Shown: positions 24,946 through 47,260 of the stretch, piece after piece | How positions within the stretch are numbered: the first letter of the stretch is position 1 | Layout of the letters: every line of letters begins with the position of its first letter | NCBI RefSeq assembly: GCF_001194135.2 | Contig: NC_068990.1 | Location: forward strand, 88,892,802 to 88,956,801 | DNA from: Octopus bimaculoides | Taxonomy: Eukaryota | Direction: 5' to 3' | DNA length: 64,000 nucleotides | Position numbers and translations under genes: made by a program | Notes under the pieces: model-generated | Databases searched by the model: none | What the model was told of the DNA's origin: nothing | What the model saw: the letters and a program-made list of their open reading frames with translations, nothing else

Positions 24946-25888
24946 TCATCATCATCATCATCATCATCGTTTAACGTCCGCTTTCCATGCTAGCATGGGT
25001 TGGACGATTTGACTGAGGACTGGTGAAACCGGATGGCAACACCAGGCTCCAGTCTGATTTGGCAGAGTTTCTACAGCTGGATGCCCTTCCTAACGCCAAC
25101 TACTCAGAGTGTAGTGGGTGCTTTTACGTGTCACCCGCACGAAAACGGCCACGCTCGAAATGGTGTCTTTTATGTGCCACCCGCACAAGCCAGTCCAGGG
25201 GCACTGGCAACGATCTCGCTCGAAAATCCTACAGGNNNNNNNNNNNNNNNNNNNNNNNNNNNNNNNNNNNNNNNNNNNNNNNNNNNNNNNNNNNNNNNNN
25301 NNNNNNNNNNNNNNNNNNNNNNNNNNNNNNNNNNNNNNNNNNNNNNNNNNNNNNNNNNNNNNNNNNNNNNNNNNNNNNNNNNNNNNNNNNNNNNNNNNNN
25401 NNNNNNNNNNNNNNNNNNNNNNNNNNNNNNNNNNNNNNNNNNNNNNNNNNNNNNNNNNNNNNNNNNNNNNNNNNNNNNNNNNNNNNNNNNNNNNNNNNNN
25501 NNNNNNNNNNNNNNNNNNNNNNNNNNNTCCTGGGCCTACCTCTTCCACGGGTTCCCTCAACTGTTAGGGTGTGGCACTTTTTCACGCAGCTATCCTCCTC
25601 CATTCTCACCACATGTCCATACCAGCGCAATCGTCTCTCTTGCACGCCACAACTGATGCTTCTAATGTTCAGCTTTTCTCTCAAGATACATACACTCTGA
25701 CGGGTATTCACATTGACATTACACATCCAACGGAGCATACTGGCTTCATTCCTTGCGAGCTTACGTATGTCCTCAGCAGTTACAGCCCATGTTTCACTGC
25801 CATGCAGCATGGTTGTTCGTACGCATGCGTCATACAGTCTGCCTTTTACTCTGAGTGAGAGTCCCTTTGTCGCCAGCAGGGGTAACAT
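24946..25888 (-). mobile_element. RTE-clade LINE 3' fragment with (GAT)n tail, interrupted by N-gap
   Basis: LPLLATKGLSLRVKGRLYDACVRTTMLHGSETW..ERRLRWYGHVVRMEED..EGTRGRGRPR; 3' end GGAAAGCGGACGTTAAAC(GAT)n. Confidence 0.9.
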
Positions 25889-26117
25889 ACGTAAGAAATA
25901 AATATATATACATAGAGCTATATAAAGACTAATGAATATCTTGCTGAATTCTACAAAAGATGTGGAAACTGGGAAAGATACACACACACACGCATTTATA
26001 TACATGTATATGTGCATGCAGTCACACACTGGTCAGTTTGTTTGAAAAAAAAGATAAGGTAATGATAAATCATGCTAAGCTTGAGACCTTTAGTTTTTGA
26101 AATAACATGTGCGTGTG

Positions 26118-26151
<34 letters not shown>

Positions 26152-26699
26152 ATCACCCTAAAATTCCTAACTTATCTTTTCCATTTTAAATGTTATTACT
26201 CTACTCACCTGTCTCTGTCTGTCTGTCTCTCTCTCCTTTGTTCTCTCTCTGAACAGCTGTACAGAAAAGAATGTGTTATCTAACTGAAAAGTACATATAT
26301 TGTGGTTATCTGTGGTGGTCGTTAGTATTGTATGACTGACCTCATTCAGTCTTTTTTCAGTGGATCTGTACGAACGATGATTAACTTTAAATGGATAAAT
26401 CTACCCCTGGATATGTTGATAGAGGAAATTAACCTCACCCCTGCAAGATAACAAAATACTCAATGTCACTCTGCTACTGTTTTCAGTATTGAAATATACC
26501 AATGTCTAATACTTACCTGAAGTAATGGATTGTGCCACTGAGAGGTGCCTACTGGATGTGGTTGGTTATATTATGCATCACCAGCATTCAACATTGAGTT
26601 GTGTCTGTGTAGAACCTACTTACTGCTGTGAGTTATATCACCATGTGGGACCTATTTACAGCATATGGTACATACAGCAATGAGATATACTGGGATATA

Positions 26700-26960
26700 C
26701 TACTATGTTAAGTCAAAAGTTTGCAATATTTTAGTAACTTATTTGATTTGTTCACTAAGTCACAACAAAAGCAGCTTAGCATTCAAAGTAGAGGCCATCA
26801 TGTTACACTATCTGAAGCCACCTTTCTGTCAGTTCTTTGATCCTATGCTGACACCAATTCTTGTCTTTTGAGACAACTTCTTCACAGAAGCTTCCACTTC
26901 CTCTTGGTTGATAAAGTGTTGCAAAGGCAGGAAATGAGCCATGGATCAGAACAAGTAATA
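26700..26960 (-). mobile_element. mariner (DD34D-like) transposon 3' fragment
   Basis: LF*SMAHFL..NQEEVEA../..SKDKNWCQHRIKELTERWLQIV*HDGLYFEC*, a typical mariner C-terminus; TIR-like sequence near 26700. Confidence 0.75.
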
Positions 26961-27294
26961 ATGCAAGGAAGATATCTTTCCATAATCCTAATGTGCATGA
27001 GCAGCAGTTAAGCAAGGACCAGTTTTCGGAACCTGTTGCCAAACGTATTTCAAAAATAACTGTGCCTTGTCCATCGTATGCATACATAAGCCTGCATACA
27101 TGCACCTGCATACACACATTCACATACATATGCACATGAAGGAAAGCCAACGAGGGAACCTCTGCCTAGTTACTCAACCAACTAGAAATAGCAGTCAAAT
27201 TTTCTATTGAATTGCACCTGATCATCTTTAAGAAGAGAAAATTCATATAATGCAATTTGAGATTGACTGAAAAGAAAAGAAAATAGTTATAACA

Positions 27295-27460
27295 GGCATG
27301 GCTGTGTGGTTGTGAAGCTTGCTTCCCAATCATGTGGTTTCAAGTTCAGTACCTTTGTATGGCATTTTGGGCAAGTGCCTTCTATGATAGTTCCAGGGCA
27401 ACCAAAACCTTATGAGGGGATTTTGTAGATGGAAACTGAAAGGTACCTGTTTTGTTTGTG
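27295..27460 (+). mobile_element. SINE 5' part
   Basis: GGCATGGCTGTGTGGTTGTGAAGCTTGCTTCCCAATCATGTGG..GGAAACTGAAAG. Confidence 0.7.
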
Positions 27461-28017
27461 TGAACAAGTTCATATTTTTCATGTCTTCATGTGTGTTTGC
27501 CAGTTGTAAAAAATGGCATAGCATTGCAAATGGTGTTGTTTGCAGTAACTGCAAAAGTATGGTTAGGTTTCTTGGTATGTGTTGCTCAATCTTTGTCAAT
27601 AAAAGACTCATTTGTGCAATGTCATTCATTTCCAGTTCTCCACTTAACCATGCCTGGGTTGTTTGTTGCTCAAGAAACTAGGGTATCATTATCTTGTTTG
27701 GAAACAGGTGAGGGTTGGCATTAGATAAAGTATTTTGCCTTAGAAACCAGACCACTTTTCCATTCAAGGAATTGATAAGTGGAAGTTAAAATGATATCGG
27801 TGCTGATGGGTGGAATTAATGCTGACCTCAGGTTAATTGGTACCACAACCACCACACTGCTACAGTATCAACCTATGAAGGAACAGATGGGTAGACTGAC
27901 TGATATAACAAAGTATCAACAATTAAGGAAGTAGGCACCAGAGACATAATCAGAGTAATTAACATTAGTGATTTATTTAAAATTAAATTTAGTCCTACTT
28001 GATATCTTTATCACATA

Positions 28018-28340
28018 TTGGTGATAATATTCATTATCATCATCATCGTCATTGCAATCACTACAACCAGCTACATCGACATTACTATTCCCATCACTGT
28101 CACCACTTCTAATACCACTGTTAATACTACCATTACTGCCACTAGTACCATTACCATTGGTACCACAGCCATTGCTGTTAAAATTGCCATCACTACTGTC
28201 ACACTAACACCACTGCCAACACTATCACTACAGCCACTAACTTTAACGCTACCTTCATTACTATCACTGCTACCATGGTTACCACTACCACTGACACCAC
28301 CACCACCACCACCATTGCTATCACCACTACCATCATAATT
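28018..28340. repeat. Imperfect trinucleotide low-complexity tract (CAT/CAC/TAC)
   Basis: Degenerate (CAC/TAC/CAT)n giving Thr/Pro/Val-rich pseudo-ORFs. Confidence 0.8.
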
Positions 28341-29167
28341 ATATAACTTCCTCCTAGACTGAAAACAATGATGTTTAAATTTAACATAGTTTCTCATTAG
28401 AGGAAAACTTGTAGTTATTGTTGTAATGCTATGATTCAGTAAGAAATTATGCTGCTGCCAGCTTGTCAAATCAAGTTTTCATATCAGTTCATATCATTAA
28501 AATGTGATTCATTTTGATTAAACATCAGCTGGCCCAGTCAGTTGTCAGTCAAGGTTTGAAGGAAAAACTGGCACACCTCTTTCCTCAATTTCACATGGCT
28601 TTGTGTGTGGGTGGGGCACTGTCCTCTTTCATTCATTAGTCATAATACACACACACATAGTTACATATATCCACATATACATATGATTACATATACCCAT
28701 ACACACACATACACACATAAAACCATGCATTCTCTCTCTCTCTCTCTCTCTTTCACACGCACACACTACACTCATGCACAAACAGACACACACCACTCTC
28801 TCTGATAAATTGTGAACGATTTCATATATCCCTTTTGATATCAACCTGCCTCAAGCTACCCCTGGTTCTTTGATACAGACTTCCTGTAATCTAAAAATTT
28901 CCATCAAAATTTCATGTTAATTTATGTTCTAAACACCAGCTTGATAATGTGAAGTTACTTATTTTGCTAACTTCTTTATTACTTTCAAAATTAGTTGCAA
29001 CAGATGTAGGATATTTCAACAAAAATATAGCACCAGAAAATTTCTTTTGCTAAATTTCTTTTTCTAAAGAACAATATATGTAACTTGATGTCAAACAAAT
29101 ATTGCTAGGGTTTTCATCTGAAAAGCACCAGTATTTCTGTTTTCTTACTTATATTTATATTCTCAGG

Positions 29168-29535
29168 AGTGACTGTGTGGTAAGTAGTTTGCTTACCAAC
29201 CATGTGGTTGCGGGTTCAATCCCACTGTGTGGCACCTTGGGCAAGTCTCTTCTATAGACTCAAGCCAACCAAAGCCTTGTGAGTGTATTTGGTAGATGGA
29301 AACTGGAAGAAGCCCGTCGTATATATATATGTGTGTGTTTGTGTGTCTGTGTTTGTCCCCCCCCCCCAACATCACTTGACATCCAATGCTGGTGTGTTTA
29401 CGTTTCCATAACCTAGCAGTTTGGCAAAAAGAGATCGATAGAATAAGTACTAAGCTTACAAAGAATAAATCCTGGAGTCAATTTACTCAACTAAAAGGTG
29501 GTGCTCCAGCATGGCTGCAGTCAAATGACTGAAAC
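29168..29535 (+). mobile_element. Near full-length SINE
   Basis: tRNA-like head (GTGGTAAG..GGTTCAATCCC), conserved body, internal microsatellite, tail ..CCAGCATGGCTGCAGTCAAATGACTGAAAC. Confidence 0.85.
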
Positions 29536-29640
29536 AAATAAAAGAATTGAGGAAAGTTTTACGCATACACACACATGCACATNNNNNNNNNNNNNNNNNN
29601 NNNNNNNNNNNNNNNNNNNNNNNNNNNNNNNNNNNNNNNN

Positions 29641-29675
<35 letters not shown>

Positions 29676-30214
29676 CCATCTTCCATATAGCTTTCATTTA
29701 TTAAATTCCACTCACAAAGTATTGGTCAACCAAAAGCTGCAGTCGAAGATGTTTGTCCGAAGGTGTTGTGCAGTGAGATCAAACTTAGAACCACATTGAT
29801 GTGAAGTGAACATTTTAACCATACAACCACGGTTTTATTTTATCTACCCTGGAAAAAAATTAAAGGAAAAGCTGACTTTCATTAAATTTGAACTCGGAGC
29901 ATAAAGAGATGTCACTAAATAGCACAAAGTATTATTATAATCAATGCTGCTATAATAATTTCAAACTTAGACATGGTTTCAAAATGGTAGTTATATTGGC
30001 TCCATTACTTAAATGATACTTTATTGCACTGACCCTTGAAAGATAAAGTTGATATCATTGGGGGTTTAAACTCAGACTATAAAGGTATACAATCAGTTTA
30101 CCTTTATGTAAACACTTAGTATTTTGTCTGCTGTTCTATCAATTCTGTCAGTCCACTACTGCACTCCACTGTTCTAATAATAACCTTTTCTTCTTTAGGC
30201 ACAAGACCTGAAAT

Positions 30215-30350
30215 TTTGAGGGGAATTTTTATTGATCCCGAAAGGATGAAAGGCAAAGCCAACCTTAGCAGAATTTGAACCAGATTGTGAAGATGGACAA
30301 ATTTCTGCTAAGCATTTTGTCCAGCATACTAATGATTCTGCAAGCTTACA
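30215..30350 (-). mobile_element. SINE fragment (second family)
   Basis: GATCCCGAAAGGATGAAAGGCAAAGCCAACC..GAATTTGAACC. Confidence 0.7.
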
Positions 30351-32599
30351 GTCATTAATAATGATAGTAATTATTTTACAATGATTTCTGACAAAGCCGC
30401 TAATTAAAATTTCTCACATAATAAAATGTAAAGTAACAGAAAAACAAAAAGAAAAAAAACTACCCTTAAAACACCATTACTTTATCTTGTTACCACCATT
30501 TCTTTGTAAAAGGTTGGCATCGTTGTCCAAAATGGTATGAATAACCAAAAGCTATAATTATAAACTTCCTCTAACTAGGAAGTTATGACATAAACAAGAC
30601 CTAAGTTTGACAACATATTATTAAAGAAAGAGAAATTACGTTGTTATTTTTTAATCATAACTGCAATCTCAAACTATGGTCAGTTTTGATGGTAGATACT
30701 TCTCACTTGCAATGATTTTCTTTATGTTCTGGCATAAAACAAAAATAATAAAAAAAAGAGCAAACATTTATAGTTATTTTTGCAATGAATATAAAACAAA
30801 TTTCTTCAGTAATTATTTCTAAATGTTCACAGAAAGATTTTCATCTAAATTTTACTATGAAGTATTTCTTTGATATGTATTTTCCTGTGTATCAAGCTAG
30901 CTGTTGGTTCCCTTTTTCCAAATTATCCCGGTGCTAGGTTTTGAACTCAGCACTACAACCTAATAAAATGATCATTATTTACACAGAGCCTCAACTACTT
31001 ACAGTTCTAAACAACATTATCTTCTGGTTCTTAATTACAGTTAACTAAACAGAACCATTTTACTCTTTTAAGACCAATTTTCTAATGGTATATACCACTT
31101 ATGTCTTTCAATTAATCTTGAAACTAATCAAAAATTTGGGGAGTTTTAATAAAATAACTAGTGTTGCTATTAAACTAGTGTTTAGAATATAACTTTACAA
31201 AAGGTTCATACATAAGATTATCATAGTAAGTTTCTTGAGCAATGTGAAGTTTCATTGGCAGTTTTCCAAGAATTTTATCAGAAATTTTATGCAAAGCAAA
31301 TTATTCAAAGAATTTGAATTAAATTCTTGTCTAATCATACATATTTTTCATCACCACCACCGCTGCCGCCACCGCCACAACCGTCGCCACCACCACCACC
31401 ACCGCCTTCAAAGATTACACAAGAACCAACACTTTGCCTACTCCAAATTCTCAAAACACAAAAATTGAAAGAGAACAATTGATAAAGGTTGTCTAAAATT
31501 TGCTGTAGTCGAAAAAAAAAAAAAGCTGTGTGAAGCTGTGAAGCACATGCCTTTCCCAAAGAGTTTTCAGGGAGATAAGTGAAGTAGTTACTTTTGCTTT
31601 TCCAATTTATGCTGTCAGCTCAGTTGTTTTATTATTTAGCTAGAGGAATTGAAGCCAGACACATTTAGCTTTTGTAGGATTTCTTAAAGAAGTGATGCTG
31701 GTTATTGTTGCTTAGTCCAAGGTAGCCATCATGATCAAAGATGTTCCAGTCATGGCTATACCATTTTTTTTTTTTTGCAAATCTTGTCAATGTATCCTTT
31801 CTTTTTTAAGAGAATAGGGTGTATTTTTATATCACATTTGGCTGCTATTTCTAGCAGATTGCGTGACCATATAGAGACTTTCTTGGTGGTTCAGGCAGGT
31901 GAGGTTGGTTCAAGAAATGCAATGTAATATATAGTGAACTGACTGACTAAGGGACTTATGAAGATGATAGTTGCACAGATGTATTTGTAAGTGGAAGCAC
32001 CAATGGTATGCTGGGAGGGTTCACCAGACTAAGTCAATAGTTTCCACCAGATGAGTGATCCAAGTTGTACTGCAGGCTGTTATATTGAAAGCATAATATC
32101 TAGTATAAGGAACGAATGGCATCTCTGGCAATACTGAGAGCCCCTATTTAAATGACTGCATTACAAGGAAAACAACCACATATCTCTCCAATCAGAACAA
32201 ATTATAAGTCTTAAAAAAAAAATTTTTTTAAATCTCATGATGTGATCCAAGATACACCATATCCTGATCATAAGACTGTTTATTCAGGGTTAATCTGGGG
32301 GCTAGACAACAACAGCAAAGAGTTTCTTTCTCAATGAAAAAGGAAAACTGTTAAGGAGTATGTTTAAAAAGCATCATCTTATTGTATGGTAGGAGACATG
32401 AACGTTGAATAGGAAGATTTCCAGGAGTAGAAGAGAAATATAATGGATACATTCACATTACATAAATACACTAAGAGAGTGGCTGGGCAGGGCAGGGTAG
32501 ATATTAGTTGAAATGAGCATTGTAAGCAATACCATTGGTAACGTGATATAAATCAAAGATGTGATGACCAGCATCCTGAGAGCTAACTTCACTATACAG

Positions 32600-34960
32600 G
32601 CTCTGTTTTTGGCTCATGAGGAAGTTTGTTAAAGAAGATATGAGGAAGAAATGGTGATGTTAGCTTTCAGGATGCTGGTCATTACAAAACAGATGAAAAA
32701 AGATAAGAGGGGAATGGTAATAGGGAGTACGTTCAATTTAAATCAGACCGAAACGGGTTCTCATCTAAGGGGAATAAACCCTACGCACGGGAGGTAACTC
32801 GGGTCAATCTTAACATTTTCCACGGCAAAGGAATATCAAGAAAAGCAATTGTTTAGCCTGAAGTCAGCCCTGATCGAGCGATGAGATCCAATATCGAAGG
32901 CAATCCATCCATGACAATCACCTTTGTTTTCAGGCATAGTGTACTTTGGAGAAAATCCTAAAATAAATGATGTAATGTTAAGGGAGATTTGATTGCTATT
33001 TCTAGCATTTCGTACAACATTTTACAAGCTCTATTTTTGGTTCATAAGGAGATTTGTTACGGAAGATATGAGGAAGAAATGATGATAGGGAGTACGTTCA
33101 ATCTAAATCAGAACGAAACGGGTTCTCATCTAAGGGGAAAAAATCCTACGCACGGGAGGTAACTCGGGTCAATCTTAACATTTTCCGATGTTTTACAGCA
33201 TATTTCAAGTGAAGTGCATTGAGGTTACGAGGCAGAGAAAATCTTCTTAAAGAGGTTAACGAGGCATATGAAATGAATGCTTCAGACAGAGTTTATCTAT
33301 ACATGATACTCAGTGTTGTTAACATACATATAATGTATGAACTGACAAAACAGTTTTGTTTCCTAAAAATGCTTTTTCGAAGTAAAAACCAGGTAAGCAA
33401 TTTTAGTTTATTATACGTTAAAAACTCTTAATATTTTTTCAGTGTATTTGTATTTGTCTGACAATTCACTTGAAATGAGATCGTGGTGTGTTGAAACTAA
33501 AAATATTAAAAAACAAAAATGTTTTCTGGAAATATTTTATTTTGCACTTTCCTATTTTATTAAATAGTAGGAATAGAGTGGAATTTCCACGGATATTTTG
33601 AAAATTGTAAGATGAAATTCTATATATTTTTTTAACCATTTGAGATTTGAGATTGCATAAAAAACAACATAGATAAAACTGATGTTGGAATCCGAAGAAA
33701 TAAGGTCTCTATTTGCTATATTCTGACGTGTTTTACTTTGTAAATTTTATCTATCATTTTTCGCGTTATGTAATGAAGTAAACTATCTTTAAACGAGAAC
33801 GACATTGAAAATATCATTTATAATATTCTCTAACTGTATGTAGCTAAAGTTTTTACAGAACTTTGTACATTTATTTGATGAAAAAACTCCCCTAAAGACC
33901 CCGTACTTAAAACCTTGCCACTCTTTCTCCTTTACGTCAATTGTTGGCCATATTTGTCTGTTTGAGCAGACGACAATCGATTGTGCTAATGCGCATGCGT
34001 TAAGTGAAAGCCGATAGAAACATAAAATAAACGACTCTTCACTGTCCCACTGCCACGTCCATAACCGAATAATTCCTGGTAATACTGTCACCCCGTTCAT
34101 TATCCAAACTAGAATGAGATGGTTCTGATGTAAGGGAAATTATTTCGGAGGCACGGGAGGTAATTCTGTTTAATCGTAATAATTTCCGAAGCATCTTTCA
34201 AGCTTAGTGCATTGAGACTAGACATTGAAAATCGTGAAGAAATTAACGAGGTATACAAAATTTATGTATCTGACGGAATTTAGCAGTAAATGAAATTCAG
34301 TCATATAATTTATGAAATGACATAAACCAGTTTTGTTCCTTAATAGCAATTTCATAATAAAAACCATGCAAGCTATTTTAGCTATTTAGATATGGACCAA
34401 AGTCGAATATTCCAGACAAATTACTGCGTTGCAAATTTTAAATATCTCTTTAGTATATTTGTCTGACAAAGCACTTAATATGAAATCATATTGAATTGAA
34501 ACTAAAAAAAAAATTTTTTAATGAAGAAGTAAATGTATCATGGTGGAAGTCTGTTTGCTATTTTAATACAGAGTTGCAGTATCGAGGAAATTCCATGGTT
34601 ATTTTGAAAATGGTTAGATGAAATTGTATATTTTGCTGAAGCATTTCCGTTTTATGATAATGTCAAAGACAACATAGATAGAATTGAAGGTGAAATATCA
34701 AGAAAGAATATCTCCGAGAGCTATATAATTATATTTTTTACTTGAGTCTTTATCTGTCAATTTTCGCTTCACGTAAAGAAGTAATCAATCTTAAAAATAG
34801 TAACAAATTGAAGACATCATTTATAATAATATTCTGCAACTGTACGTTGATAAAGTTCTTACAAAACTTAGTATGTTTATCCGACAAAACTATAAAAACA
34901 CTGCACTCTAAACCTTCTCATTCTTTTCCTTGACATCTATTGTTGTCTATATTTTATAAA
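32600..34960. repeat. Old local duplications: ~1-kb tandem unit (about 33110-34090 and 34090-34960) plus a partial third copy (about 32600-32820)
   Basis: GCACGGGAGGTAA block at about 32785, 33150 and 34150; collinear similarity between 33430-33760 and 34430-34760. Confidence 0.7.
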
Positions 34961-35002
34961 CAAATGCGTTACTATTGAGCTGATGACAGTTAATTGCATT
35001 TA

Positions 35003-35042
<40 letters not shown>

Positions 35043-35048
<6 letters not shown>

Positions 35049-35410
35049 GCACTCCGTTGGTTACGACGACGAGGGTTCCAGCTGATACGATCAACGGAAC
35101 AGCTTGCTCGTGAAATTAACGTGTACTCCACTGACGCGTGTACCCTTAACGTAGTTCTCAGGGAAATTCAGCGTAGTACAGAGTGTGACAAGGCTGGCCC
35201 TTTGAAATACAGGTACTACTCATTTTTGCCAGCTGAGTGGACTGGAGCAACGTGAAATAAAGTGTCTTGCTCAAGGNNNNNNNNNNGCCAGCTGAGTGGA
35301 CTGGAGCAACGTGAAATAAAGTGTCTTGCTCAAGGACACAACGCGTCACCGGAATTGAACTTACGACCTTACAATCGAGAGCCGAATGCCCTACCACTAA
35401 GCCACGCGCC
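35043..35410 (-). mobile_element. SINE (third family)
   Basis: Reverse strand: tRNA-like head GGCGCGTGGCTTAGTGGTAGGGCATTCGG..GTAAGTTCAATTCC, body CCTTGAGCAAGACACTTTATTTCAC. Confidence 0.8.
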
Positions 35411-35641
35411 TTCATACATATATAATGTCTTCTCATTAGAATTCTTTTCTTATTGACCATTTCAAACATCAAAAAAATTTACTAGTACAGCCAATGTATG
35501 GTTTTGCTCTTAGGCAAGGCACATAACTCTACATGTATCAATTTATCTGGTTAACAAAACAACAACGACGGAAAATAGATGTAAAATGGTTTAATCATTC
35601 AAAATCGATAAAAAAAAATTAGAAACAAAGAGTGTGATGAT

Positions 35642-44846
<9,205 letters not shown>

Positions 44847-44905
44847 ATTGAATAGTGATATGGAAACATACAAAGTATACAAATATAGTGAAATATTCTT
44901 TCTGA

Positions 44906-44938
<33 letters not shown>

Positions 44939-45589
44939 ACGTATATTAATACAATCGGAAGAAGTTTGAAAAATCGCAACTGCTTTTCGTCGCGGAACAC
45001 CAATGTATGAATAAGCTGTAATTGTTTTTAAAGAAATGATTATGAGAAAATAATGTATGGAAAGAGGTATAAAATTATAGAGAGTAGTAAAAAGAAGGAC
45101 AGACTAACAGAACGAGAGAGCCCATCCCATTCTTAAATGAGGAAATCTATTACTTTACAAGTGGAAAACAAACACCGCCAAAAGAGCAGTTAATTCATAA
45201 AGCCATGCAAGAGATTTAGAAAACAATAAGCGAGTTAAGAGTGTTTCAGTTATCAGGAAATGGAGATTATTACAAAATGGGCTGAGAGAAGAATGATAAA
45301 AAAGCGAATGAATTACAGCTGATAACGCTGGGGACCAATAAATAAATCTATAGATAAATGAATAAATCGATAAATAAATTTAGGTCTCAAGAATAAAATA
45401 TCTGATTCTTGTAGTATTTTGAAGGAATTTCTTTTGCCCTGAATTCACACAATTTTGCATTTCTCATTCAGGTTAGATTTTTGTGTGGTAAGCAATTACC
45501 TTCTTAAAGACCGACATAGTAATATATTTATTAAAATATAATAGAAAAGACATAACTATGATTAAAAAAGTAGTTTAGTTTAGTTTCTG

Positions 45590-47260
45590 CCGTGCGTAAT
45601 ATAAGGCTTGTCTTTCTTGAGAATTCTGTCAGCAAGCATACTGGGACTCTAGGTGCCTAGGTAACACTTTTCTATAGTAGGAATATTCTGATGAATACGA
45701 TCAACATGTTCATCGTTTATCATCCCCAGATTTTCCGGAAAAAAGTTCTAGTGAGAGTTCAAGAATTGAATCTTTAATAATATATATCGCATCGTTAGGT
45801 AAGATTTACGAAGATGCTCATCTACTGTTACAGGATAGTTTTCATTTTGTCATTTACCCCCAAAGTTAACATAGATGTTTTTGAAACTTGTCGTGCAGTA
45901 TCCTCAACATAATTCATGTAGCTTTCAAATCCCAAGAATCTTAATTTTCTTATATGAGGGCCAACAAAAACTCCTTTTTCATCATGGCATCACTCACCCA
46001 GGGAAACTTATTTTGCAATTATTTGAACCTAGTTTGCGCTTTATTCATCACCTTTACAAAATTTTTCTTAAATTCAAGCTTGATATGCAACTGAATCTTC
46101 CAAAATATTCTTCTTTTTGCCTGAAACAGGTGAGATAAGTTTTGGCCAATTATTCTGAACGTAGAGTTTTTTTTTGTTTTATTTACATAAAATGAAAAAC
46201 AATTGTACTTGGGGTAACCAAGATGCAACCCAAACAAAATTACAATGGACTTTAGATCTCAACAGATATTCTATTTATATTTCTGATATTGACTCTTTTC
46301 CACAAGTAGCATCATTTTGTCACGAGCTCTTTGTGAGATCTGCAGTATACGATATAGATACAGAAGAGAATCTATTTTCATTATGAAGGACCTCTTTGAA
46401 ACTAACTCTAAGGAATTAAAGAACAGTAACCACTTATCAACGTTATGTTAATGACCAAGAGGCCCACATCTGAATTATTAGTACACACAATATATATTCA
46501 TCTTCAGAAGAGAATCATTCATTGAATTCTTCATTATGGTATCTGTAGAAAGAACAAACTTTAGTGTCGTAGTTTGACTCTTCTATTTTGAACTTAAAAG
46601 ATCAGTCTATCGTTTTAGATAAATTCAAATTAAGAACTTGGTCATTCAGATTTTCTTGTGACAGGAAATGTGGCTGATTCGAGAAACAAGTAGCCTGGGA
46701 AGCTGGATTAGAAATGTCATGTTTGTATTTGTGATTCCTCAGCAGTAAATTAATGTGATCAGAGGGATTTGGTACTAGAAGTTGAGCAGCTTGTTGAACT
46801 GGGTCTCACTGCAGAAGGCAGATTAGAATATCTAATTAAGATCTTTGTTTTTGAAGTGATCCCATTTGTATTCAAAAGACAGAAATAACCTCTCTTAATG
46901 CATGAAATATCAAGTGGCAGGTGACATGAATGACGTAGTCATCCCATTAGTAGACTTACATATGTCACACAGCAAATGAGGAGTTCAACTCTTCTCCTGA
47001 TCAACCCTTTTATAACATGTTTTTTTGCTAATGGTATAAAATTGTTAGATTATCTTCTGTATAGCCAGAATAAAATAGATAATTCAGATAGTTACGCAAC
47101 CCTACAGAGCAGTTACATGAACACAACGCTGAGGTAAAATCAAGAAGAAGCAACGGACACCATCTGACAATATCGTGGGATTTGCATGCAAACTGACTTC
47201 GAGCTGTGTCATTCATACGAATCAAGGCTCGTAGACTCAAGGCTTATATCTGAACAAATC
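45590..47260 (-). mobile_element. Decayed Chapaev3 (CMC) DNA transposon transposase
   Basis: CSVGLRNYLN; CLLNTNGITSKTK..RYSNLPSAVRP; PHFLSQENLND; KIQFLNSH*NFFPENLGMINDEHVDRIHQNIPTIEKCYLGT*SPSMLAD (cf. KIHFLHSHLDFFPENLGAVSDEHGERFHQDI..MEKRYQG.W..SMLADY). Confidence 0.8.

Noticed and set aside
26518-26605. Minus-strand exon-like segment ending CAG|gtaagt
   Set aside because: Stops in all three frames; could only be non-coding and nothing else supports it.
28018-28469. Mucin-like Thr/Pro-rich ORFs
   Set aside because: Products of an imperfect trinucleotide tract open in several frames on both strands.
33199-33391. Exon-like segment with CAG|gtaagc donor
   Set aside because: All three entry phases hit stops, and the duplicated unit at 34.2 kb lacks the donor.
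35227-35336. 49-bp direct repeat on both sides of a 10-N gap
   Set aside because: Identical sequence flanking a token gap is typical of unmerged overlapping contig ends.
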